Shown here piece by piece: positions 1 to 7,429 of a stretch of DNA of 64,000 bases; the first letter of the stretch is position 1, and every line of letters begins with the position of its first letter. Source of the DNA: Candidatus Omnitrophica bacterium UBA6253. GTDB taxonomy: Bacteria; Omnitrophota; Gorgyraeia; Gygaellales; Profunditerraquicolaceae. The notes under the pieces were generated by a model that saw nothing but the letters and a program-made list of their open reading frames with translations, ran no database searches and was not told the origin of the DNA. The stretch is taken from positions 192,719 to 256,718 of the forward strand of contig DJVP01000012.1 of NCBI GenBank assembly GCA_002441245.1, given 5' to 3'. Made by a program: the position numbers and the translations under genes.

Positions 1-386
1 ACAGGATCATAAATTTTAGGGGTTGCCAGTAAATTCCCATCAACGAATACGGCCATTCTTCTTCCCGCATTCTTAGACGTAATTTCGTTAAACTTCTGCG
101 ACCCTTCTTTATTGAATTGAAAATCAATTTCCCCGGATTCTTCCCTGGCTTTTGCAGACACAATATCTTTTGTCGAAAGAAACGCATCCATAGTTACATA
201 TAATTCTTCCTGATTAATCCGCTTTGCTAATTTCCGGCAATCTGTCTGGCCCGCTCCGGCGCAAACTATTTTGAATTCTACTGAGACCAAATTTTCTGAA
301 GATAAATTATCCTCGTCAGCGTAACCTAGTGAAAAACCTAATGAGCATAAAACGATTAACCCGGCATAAACAATTTTACTTTTCAT
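1..386 (-). CDS. Hypothetical secreted protein, C-terminal part truncated by the window edge
   Basis: Reverse-strand reading from the ATG (complement of 384-386) gives MKSKIVYAGLIVLCSLGFSLGYADE..., a signal-peptide-like N-terminus, and stays open to position 1. Absent from the ORF track because no stop lies within the window. The ...MAVFVDGNLLATPKIYDP segment weakly recalls SecD/LptC-type periplasmic domains. Confidence 0.35.
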   Translation of the reverse strand, partial: MKSKIVYAGLIVLCSLGFSLGYADEDNLSSENLVSVEFKIVCAGAGQTDCRKLAKRINQEELYVTMDAFLSTKDIVSAKAREESGEIDFQFNKEGSQKFNEITSKNAGRRMAVFVDGNLLATPKIYDP

Positions 387-428
387 CTTTCCTCCTCAAA
401 ACATTACGCCCACCCTATTCTTTGCAAC

Positions 429-710
429 TTACTGATTTTTATCGCAAAGAACCCTCGGGGAGATATTAACAACAGCACATCTTCCGTTTTTAACCTGGTC
501 GGCGTAACATCCTTCTTTTTCCGAAATGATACACCAATCACTTTCAGAGTTATCGCATTCCTTTATCCTGGTTATCTTCCCCCCTGCTTTCTCGCATTCG
601 CTTAGATCCTGCCCCTCATCTCCAAAGGAACCTTGCGAATTTACTATGCTAAAAACCAGGCATAAGATAATTACCGAAAATACGATTTTTCCTATTTTGC
701 CAGATTTCAT
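429..710 (-). CDS. Small secreted cysteine-rich protein of about 93 aa, unknown function
   Basis: Internal Met MKSGKIGKIVFSVIILCLVFSIVNSQ looks like a signal peptide and is followed by a 7-Cys acidic domain. Starting at 710 avoids overlap with the upstream SPFH gene, whereas the track start at 794 would overlap it by about 50 nt. Confidence 0.45.
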   Translation of the reverse strand: MKSGKIGKIVFSVIILCLVFSIVNSQGSFGDEGQDLSECEKAGGKITRIKECDNSESDWCIISEKEGCYADQVKNGRCAVVNISPRVLCDKNQ

Positions 711-741
711 ATACCTACCCATCGAAAAAACAACACAAAAT

Positions 742-1611
742 TTATTTCTTTTCTTCTTTAGTCTTAATCGGTAAAAAGCCGGCCATTTCGCCAATCACAT
801 TGACTAATTCTGCATTCGCCGGAATTACAATCTTGGCATTATTTACTAACGACTTCTCAACCGCCTCAAGCTTACGCAACACCTGCGCATTGCCCACAAA
901 ATAATGCTCTGCTGCTTCATTAACAAGCTTAATCGCCGCAGCTTCACCTTCTGCCTCTAAAATACGGGCCTGTTTAATACCTTCAGCTTTTTTAATCTCC
1001 GCGCGCTTTTGTCCATCAGCTGCAGTTTCAGTTGCTGTAGCATAATCAATCGCCGCGATTTTCTCATTCTCGGCTTTTACAACCTTATTCATCGTCTCCT
1101 GGACATCTTTAGGGGGGTCAATCTCTTTTAGCTCTGTCCTGACAATCTCTAAGCCCCAGCTGGCTGTTTCTTCGCAAAGAGTCTTATGTAGTTCTGCGTT
1201 AATCTTGCCTCTTTCGCTGTTAGCGGATTTTAAAGTTAGCGTGCCGATAATATTTCTTAATGTGGTACGAGCCAAATTCACAATCTGCCACTGGTAATTA
1301 TTTACGCTGTACTGGCAATTCTTGACATCTGCCTCATCAGCTTTTACTTTAAAATAAACCTGGGCGTCAACCTTGGCATTCAGGTTATCATTGGTAATGA
1401 TCTCCTGCGGCTCGGCGTCAACCATCTGCTCGGTGATATTAATCTGATAAAGATTTTCAACAATAGGCAATACCCAATTAAACCCCGGCATGGCAAATCG
1501 GTTATATTTACCAAACCTTTCAACTAAACCCCTGTGCGTAGGCCTTACAATCCTGATGCCCATAAGGAATATTACCACTGCAGTCGTAATTACCAAACCT
1601 AATATATTCAT
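742..1611 (-). CDS. SPFH/band-7 family protein (stomatin/prohibitin/HflKC-like)
   Basis: N-terminal TM segment followed by GLVERFGKY...ITNDNLNAKVDAQVYFKV, a typical SPFH core, and an Ala/Glu-rich coiled-coil tail. Confidence 0.85.
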   Translation of the reverse strand: MNILGLVITTAVVIFLMGIRIVRPTHRGLVERFGKYNRFAMPGFNWVLPIVENLYQINITEQMVDAEPQEIITNDNLNAKVDAQVYFKVKADEADVKNCQYSVNNYQWQIVNLARTTLRNIIGTLTLKSANSERGKINAELHKTLCEETASWGLEIVRTELKEIDPPKDVQETMNKVVKAENEKIAAIDYATATETAADGQKRAEIKKAEGIKQARILEAEGEAAAIKLVNEAAEHYFVGNAQVLRKLEAVEKSLVNNAKIVIPANAELVNVIGEMAGFLPIKTKEEKK

Positions 1612-2060
1612 GCTCCACCTCCTGTTTTTTCTTTAGTATCTTTTTGTTCTTCATAAATTGCTTCCGGAATCAATTGATTGTTTTCTAGTTCGCCTTCAAT
1701 CATACTGACCTTCTCTAATTGAAATAGATATTCTGCAAACTCAAGATGAGGATATTTTGCATCTTCAAACGCTTCTTCTAATTCCTTTTCTACTGCCGAC
1801 AATTCAGCTCCTATTAAATTACTGAAATCCTCATCTATTTTATCCGCATTGCCCCTATCCCTAATAAGGGTATCTTTTGCTTCTTCCAGGATATCTGCCC
1901 TACCCAAAATCTGGGGGATATTTAAATTCTCAACTGCCTTAGACAGTATCTCTTTCTTAAAATTAAGAAACTTTAGTTTTTCTTCATGCTTAAAAACAGA
2001 TCCATCTTCCAGCTTCTTACGCTCTTTAAGATAAAACTCTTTTAATAAATCTTTTTGCAT
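1608..2060 (-). CDS. Hypothetical acidic coiled-coil protein
   Basis: 150-aa ORF with a 4-nt overlap onto the SPFH gene, suggesting translational coupling. Highly acidic (E/K/D-rich), no TM segment, no recognised domain. Confidence 0.5.
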   Translation of the reverse strand: MQKDLLKEFYLKERKKLEDGSVFKHEEKLKFLNFKKEILSKAVENLNIPQILGRADILEEAKDTLIRDRGNADKIDEDFSNLIGAELSAVEKELEEAFEDAKYPHLEFAEYLFQLEKVSMIEGELENNQLIPEAIYEEQKDTKEKTGGGA

Positions 2061-2079
2061 CTACCTGCCCCCTTTTACC

Positions 2080-3084
2080 CTAAATAATTTCAACTTTCTT
2101 GCTGCCTTTTATTGCTTCGCCGATAATCCATGATTTAAACTTAAATTCTGTTAATTTAGCGCTGATATCCTTGACTGATTCCGGGCTTACAATCAAGACT
2201 AAACCTACGCCCATATTCAAGGTATGATACATCTCCCTATCCTCAACATTGCCTTTATTCTGGATGAGCCGGAAGATTTCAGGCACGCTCCAGGAATTTT
2301 TATTTATACGCGCGTCAATATCCTTCGGCAATATGCGGCTGATCTTATCGTAAAAAGCTCCGCCCGTAATATGGCTTATCCCATGGATCAAACTGCCATA
2401 CCGGCGCAATAACTCTAAGACAGGCTTAACATAAATACGAGTAGGCTTAAGCAGCTCTGCGCTCATTCTTTTTAATTCCGAAACGCTTAAAACTTCCCTT
2501 ACCAGAGAATAGCCGTTAGAATGCAGGCCGCTTGAGGCAATACCGATTAGCTGATCCCCTGCTTTAATTTTCCCGCCATTAATAATCTTGTCTTTTTCCA
2601 CTACCCCCACGCAAAAGCCGGCAATATCATATTCGCCATTTTTATACATCCCGGGCATCTGCGCTGTTTCTCCGCCGATAAGGGAACAGGCGCTTTCTAG
2701 GCAACCCTTATTTATCCCGTTAACCACATCAACTAAAACATCTTCTTTAACTTTACTAAAAGCTACATAATCCAAAAAGAATAACGGCTCGGCTCCGGTG
2801 CAAAGTATATCATTAACATTCATCGCCACCGCATCAATTCCAACAGTATCATGTTTATTGGCTAATTTGGCGATCACCAGTTTTGTCCCCACTCCATCGC
2901 TTGATGAAACCAAAACCGGATTCTTATATTGATTTTTCTCTAATTTAAAGAAACTGCCGAAGCCTCCGATATCCGTAAGCACCTCTTTACGGAAAGAGCT
3001 CCTAACTAAAGTTTTTATCTTACTCTTGAAAACATTGGCGCCAGCGATATCCACACCAGCTTTTTTATAAGTTATTTTCTTCAT
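2080..3084 (-). CDS. purM: Phosphoribosylformylglycinamidine cyclo-ligase (AIR synthase)
   Basis: Full-length PurM-like: KKAGVDIAG..., DGVGTKL, GGETAQMPG. Confidence 0.9.
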   Translation of the reverse strand: MKKITYKKAGVDIAGANVFKSKIKTLVRSSFRKEVLTDIGGFGSFFKLEKNQYKNPVLVSSSDGVGTKLVIAKLANKHDTVGIDAVAMNVNDILCTGAEPLFFLDYVAFSKVKEDVLVDVVNGINKGCLESACSLIGGETAQMPGMYKNGEYDIAGFCVGVVEKDKIINGGKIKAGDQLIGIASSGLHSNGYSLVREVLSVSELKRMSAELLKPTRIYVKPVLELLRRYGSLIHGISHITGGAFYDKISRILPKDIDARINKNSWSVPEIFRLIQNKGNVEDREMYHTLNMGVGLVLIVSPESVKDISAKLTEFKFKSWIIGEAIKGSKKVEII

Positions 3085-3120
3085 TACTACTCTCCTCTTG
3101 ATATAAAATAGCTAATTATT

Positions 3121-4569
3121 TTATATCTGCAACTCCCCTTGACCGCAGCAGCTTCTTTCTAAAGAAAATTTACTATGCCTCTTCTCCGGCCTTACGGGAT
3201 ATCTTCCTGTCCAGCAGGAGGTACAATAGTTACCCCTGGAATGCTTAAAACAATTCAGCATTCCCTCCAAACTTAAATAACCCAGGCTATCAACCTCTAA
3301 ATATTTGCTGATCTTCTCTAATGTTTCATATTTATTGGCAATCAGCTCGCTTGCGCGGTGGAAATCAATTCCGTAAAAACACGGAAAGCGGTGGGCAGGG
3401 CAAGAGATCCTTAAATGAACTTCTTTTACCCCTGCCTTACGCAGATTACGCACGCGGATCTTTGAAGTCGTCCCGCGCACAATAGAATCGTCAACAATTA
3501 CAATACGTTTGCCCTTTAAGATATCTTTTAAAATATTAAATTTTACGCGCACCCCCATATCGCGGGAATCCTGTGCCGGCTGAATGAATGTCCTGCCTAC
3601 ATAATGGTTGCGGATAATCCCCATCTCCAAAACAATCCCTGACTCCTGCGAATATCCAAGGGCGGCAGAATACCCTGAATCCGGGACCGGAACCACATAA
3701 TCCGCCTCTACCGGATGCTCTTTGGCTAATTGTGCCCCCAGTTTGCGCCGTACCGTATGCACAGTCTCACCGAAAACATTGGAATCTGGACGGGAAAAAT
3801 AAACATGTTCAAAAGTACAAAACGCATAATGGCTGGCAATTAATTCTTTCGGCTTGATTGATTTTAATACGCCCTGATTATTAATCAGCACTATCTCTCC
3901 GGGCTCAATTTCACGAACGAATTTGGCGCCGATTAAATCAAAAGCGCACGTCTCTGAAGCAAGGCAATATGAAGCTCCGAGTTTACCTAAAGCCAGCGGC
4001 CTAAAGCCATGCGGATCCCTTACCCCAATCAAATAATTACTATTCATTAATACCAAGGAATAAGCGCCTTTAACCCTTTTTAAAGCATAGGCCAGGCTAT
4101 CCTCCAGGCTGCGTTTATTGCTACGGGCCATAAGATGAATAATCAGCTCTGAATCAGTGGTAGTTTGAAAAATCGAACCACTTTTCTCCAGCTTCTGACG
4201 CAGCTCAAGTGAATTTACCAGATTTCCATTATGGGCGATACAGATTGAACCGTTAGCATAGTCAATTAAAAGCGGCTGGGAGTTTTTTAATACGCTTGAG
4301 CCTGTGGTTGAATACCTCACGTGTCCCACCGCCATATTTCCTTTTAAACGGCTGAGCACCTGCTCACTGAATACATCGCTGACCAACCCCATATCTTTAT
4401 GCATAGAAAGCACACCCTGGTTATTAGCCACAATACCACAAGCCTCCTGTCCGCGATGCTGCTGGGCAAAAAGCCCAAGGTATGTAAGCCACACCGCCTG
4501 CCTGTTGCTTGTTATTCCAAATAACCCACAATACTCTTTTGGCTCAAAGCTATCTTTTTTTATTAGCAT
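3121..4569 (-). CDS. purF: Amidophosphoribosyltransferase (canonical, Cys1 nucleophile, 4Fe-4S type)
   Basis: YCGLFGI N-terminus (Cys nucleophile after propeptide), PRTase motif VIVDDSIVRGTT, Fe-S ligands CPAHRFPC and CTSCWTG. Start probably at internal Met MLIKK (4569) rather than the track start 4644. Confidence 0.88.
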   Translation of the reverse strand: MLIKKDSFEPKEYCGLFGITSNRQAVWLTYLGLFAQQHRGQEACGIVANNQGVLSMHKDMGLVSDVFSEQVLSRLKGNMAVGHVRYSTTGSSVLKNSQPLLIDYANGSICIAHNGNLVNSLELRQKLEKSGSIFQTTTDSELIIHLMARSNKRSLEDSLAYALKRVKGAYSLVLMNSNYLIGVRDPHGFRPLALGKLGASYCLASETCAFDLIGAKFVREIEPGEIVLINNQGVLKSIKPKELIASHYAFCTFEHVYFSRPDSNVFGETVHTVRRKLGAQLAKEHPVEADYVVPVPDSGYSAALGYSQESGIVLEMGIIRNHYVGRTFIQPAQDSRDMGVRVKFNILKDILKGKRIVIVDDSIVRGTTSKIRVRNLRKAGVKEVHLRISCPAHRFPCFYGIDFHRASELIANKYETLEKISKYLEVDSLGYLSLEGMLNCFKHSRGNYCTSCWTGRYPVRPEKRHSKFSLERSCCGQGELQI

Positions 4570-5977
4570 TCCTTGCTCCGTTTTTAGGCACTTTTCCTGT
4601 CCAGCAATATAAACAAAGTTTTTCCTTAGGTAAACCAATAGCACTAATCATATCACAAAGCTTCTGATATTTTAATGTACTTGAACCTATATCCCTGTTA
4701 ATCCAGCTAACCATCTTCTTATGCTTGGCTGATTTTTCATCCAAGTATGGCATTAAACTCTTCGGTTCTTTACCTTCAAGCGCCTTAATTGCCCTCCGGG
4801 CGGCAAGCTCATTTATACTACGAGTAGAATAATTAAATTTGCAGGGAAACATCAATGGAGGACAGGCAATGCGCAAATGAATCTCCTTTGCCCCGTGTTT
4901 TTTTAATTTCTGGATGGTATAATTCTTAAGCTGCGTGCCGCGCACAATGGAATCATCACAGAAAACAATACGCTTGCCTTTAATTATCTGCGGAATAGGG
5001 ATAAGTTTCATCCTTGCAACCAAATCCCTACGCTCCTGGGTAGCCGGAGTATAACTACGGTCAAAACCCGGTGTGTATTTTACTAAAGGACGGCGTAAAG
5101 GAACCCTTGATTCCATACTGTAACCAATAGCATGGGCAGTTCCGGAATCAGGAATACCGGCGACAATATCCGCCTTAATATTATCATCTTTAGCAAGCAG
5201 TGCACCGCATCTTTCACGCGAGGTCTCAACATTAATCCCTTCATAACAAGAAGCAGGAAATCCCGTATAAACCCAGAGAAATGAACATATCTGATTTGTT
5301 TTAGCGCCTTTACGCTTTATTTTTAGTCCATCGCGAGTAATCAAAACTATCTCACCCGGATCAAGATATTTTACCAGCCTATATCCTAAGTTAAGAAAAG
5401 CGGATGACTCTGTGGAAACCGCCCAGCTGCTCCCCTTCTTACCGATAACTAAAGGAGTCAGGCCTAATCTGTCACGACAGGCATAAATTCCATCCTTGCT
5501 CAATATAAGCAACGAACAAGACCCCTGAATCTGGGTAAAGAATCCTTCTACCCCCTCAATTATATTCTTGGACGATATAATCATTTTAGCGCAAAGCTCG
5601 GTAAAATTAATCTTACCTTCAGCCACTTCAACGAATGAACGTCCTTTTTTAAACAACTCTTTGGCTAATTTATCCGCGTTATCAATATAACCATTAGTCA
5701 CTATAGCAAATGGCCCAAACTTAGAATTCATTACAATCGGCTGCTCATCGCGGGCGCTGATTACCCCTACCCCTTTATCACCGTACATCTTAAGGTAATC
5801 TTCATGGAACTTGGCCTTAAACTGGCTGCCTTTAATATCGTGGATCTTACGCGTAAGCTCTTTGCCGTAAACAGCCAGCCCGGCAAACTGCGTGCCCAAA
5901 TGCGAATGATAGTCTGTGCCATAAAATAGATCATCCGCGCAATTCTTTTTAGAAACTACCCCAAATATTCCACTCAT
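4550..5977 (-). CDS. Amidophosphoribosyltransferase paralog with Ser in place of the N-terminal catalytic Cys
   Basis: MSGIFGVV N-terminus where PurF has M-C-G. Retains PRTase motif IVFCDDSIVRGTQ and Fe-S Cys motifs CPPLMFPC and CLYCWTG. Lies directly upstream of canonical purF. Confidence 0.8.
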   Translation of the reverse strand: MSGIFGVVSKKNCADDLFYGTDYHSHLGTQFAGLAVYGKELTRKIHDIKGSQFKAKFHEDYLKMYGDKGVGVISARDEQPIVMNSKFGPFAIVTNGYIDNADKLAKELFKKGRSFVEVAEGKINFTELCAKMIISSKNIIEGVEGFFTQIQGSCSLLILSKDGIYACRDRLGLTPLVIGKKGSSWAVSTESSAFLNLGYRLVKYLDPGEIVLITRDGLKIKRKGAKTNQICSFLWVYTGFPASCYEGINVETSRERCGALLAKDDNIKADIVAGIPDSGTAHAIGYSMESRVPLRRPLVKYTPGFDRSYTPATQERRDLVARMKLIPIPQIIKGKRIVFCDDSIVRGTQLKNYTIQKLKKHGAKEIHLRIACPPLMFPCKFNYSTRSINELAARRAIKALEGKEPKSLMPYLDEKSAKHKKMVSWINRDIGSSTLKYQKLCDMISAIGLPKEKLCLYCWTGKVPKNGARNANKKR

Positions 5978-6756
5978 TTAAAACTCCCCTTAATGTAGTC
6001 AACGCCGTTCTTAAAAATCTGCAAACCGTCGCCTTCTGCCGCGGACATTTTATCCCAATTACGCGGATGCTGTGCCGCAAAGACATGCCTTTCAGGATGG
6101 GGCATTAAACCAAAAACCCTGCCTGTTTCATCACAGATCCCGGCAATATTTTCCATAGAGCCATTGGGATTATCAGGATAACCGGAAAGCCTACCTTTAA
6201 CGTCGCAATATTGAAAAACAATCTGATTATTTCTCTTAAGCCGGTTTAACACCGTTTTATCCTGTGCTACAAATTTGCCTTCGCCGTGTGCAACCGGAAG
6301 ATAAATTATTTTCTTTAATCTTTTAGTCCAAACACATCTACCGGCCGGCTTCAAGTACACCCAGCGCGCCTCGAATTTTCCGGAATCATTGATAATTAAA
6401 CTGGTATTCTGTGTTAACCTTGAGCTTTCCGGCAGAAGCCCGCTCTTAACCAAAATCTGAAAACCATTACAAATACCGATAATCAATTTTCCTTCGCTAA
6501 TAAATTTGCGCAATGAATCCGCAAGCTTAAACCTCAGTTCATTGGCAAAAATCTTACCCGAAGCGATATCATCTCCATAACTGAAACCTCCCGGTAAAGC
6601 CAATATATGGAAATCACTAAGAAACCTCTCTCTGCTTACTAAGCTGTTGATATGCAAAAGTTCGCACTCTGCCCCGGCAAGCTTAAACGCTGCCGCGGTC
6701 TCTTTATCACAGTTGGTGCCTGCGCTTCTTAAAATACAAACTTTAGGTTTTATCAT
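5974..6756 (-). CDS. purQ: Phosphoribosylformylglycinamidine synthase glutaminase subunit
   Basis: Class I GATase: GICNGFQ (Cys nucleophile) and HPE near the C-terminus. 4-nt overlap with the purF paralog. Confidence 0.9.
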   Translation of the reverse strand: MIKPKVCILRSAGTNCDKETAAAFKLAGAECELLHINSLVSRERFLSDFHILALPGGFSYGDDIASGKIFANELRFKLADSLRKFISEGKLIIGICNGFQILVKSGLLPESSRLTQNTSLIINDSGKFEARWVYLKPAGRCVWTKRLKKIIYLPVAHGEGKFVAQDKTVLNRLKRNNQIVFQYCDVKGRLSGYPDNPNGSMENIAGICDETGRVFGLMPHPERHVFAAQHPRNWDKMSAAEGDGLQIFKNGVDYIKGSFK

Positions 6757-7420
6757 AAAATCTTTTTATTATTTGTGCCACTTCCTTGGGTTCATCGGAT
6801 AAAACAAATAAATCCATATCTTCTTTATTTATATTGCCATGGCTGTAAACCGTAGACTTCAACCACTCTAATAACGGCTTCCAATATTTACTGTCAAAGA
6901 GGATTACCGGGAACCTGGCAATCCTCTTGGTCTGAATTAAAGTAATCGCCTCAAAGAATTCATCCATCGTGCCAAAGCCTCCAGGCAGGATTACAAAAGC
7001 CTTGGCGTATTTTACAAACATGACTTTACGCACAAAAAAATAACGGAAACTTAACACAGTGTCCACAAATCTGTTTGGCTTCTGTTCACGGGGGAGCTGG
7101 ATATTTAAGCCAATAGAACAGCCTTCTGCTCGCCGGGCGCCTTTGTTGGCTGCCTCCATAAGACCAGGGCCGCTTCCGGTAATTATCGCGTATCCTGCCT
7201 TGGCGATATGATATGCTATCTCCTCAGCCAGTTTATAATGCTTACTTTCGGGTTTGGCGCGCGCCGAGCCAAAGATAGAAACTGCCTTCCCTATTTTAGA
7301 AAGTATTTCAAAACCGTCCACAAACTCCGACATGATGCGAAATATCCTCCAGGTATCCTCCTGGGTAAAATCATCTTTTACCAGTAAATCTTTTTTTATC
7401 CGCGATTTTATTTTAACCAT
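6743..7420 (-). CDS. LOG family nucleotide 5'-monophosphate phosphoribohydrolase (TIGR00730-like)
   Basis: IFGSAR...GSGPGLMEAANKGA...PGGFGTMDEFFE motifs of the LOG/lysine-decarboxylase-like family. Embedded between purQ and purL. Confidence 0.8.
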   Translation of the reverse strand: MVKIKSRIKKDLLVKDDFTQEDTWRIFRIMSEFVDGFEILSKIGKAVSIFGSARAKPESKHYKLAEEIAYHIAKAGYAIITGSGPGLMEAANKGARRAEGCSIGLNIQLPREQKPNRFVDTVLSFRYFFVRKVMFVKYAKAFVILPGGFGTMDEFFEAITLIQTKRIARFPVILFDSKYWKPLLEWLKSTVYSHGNINKEDMDLFVLSDEPKEVAQIIKRFYDKT

Positions 7421-7429
7421 AAATCCCCC

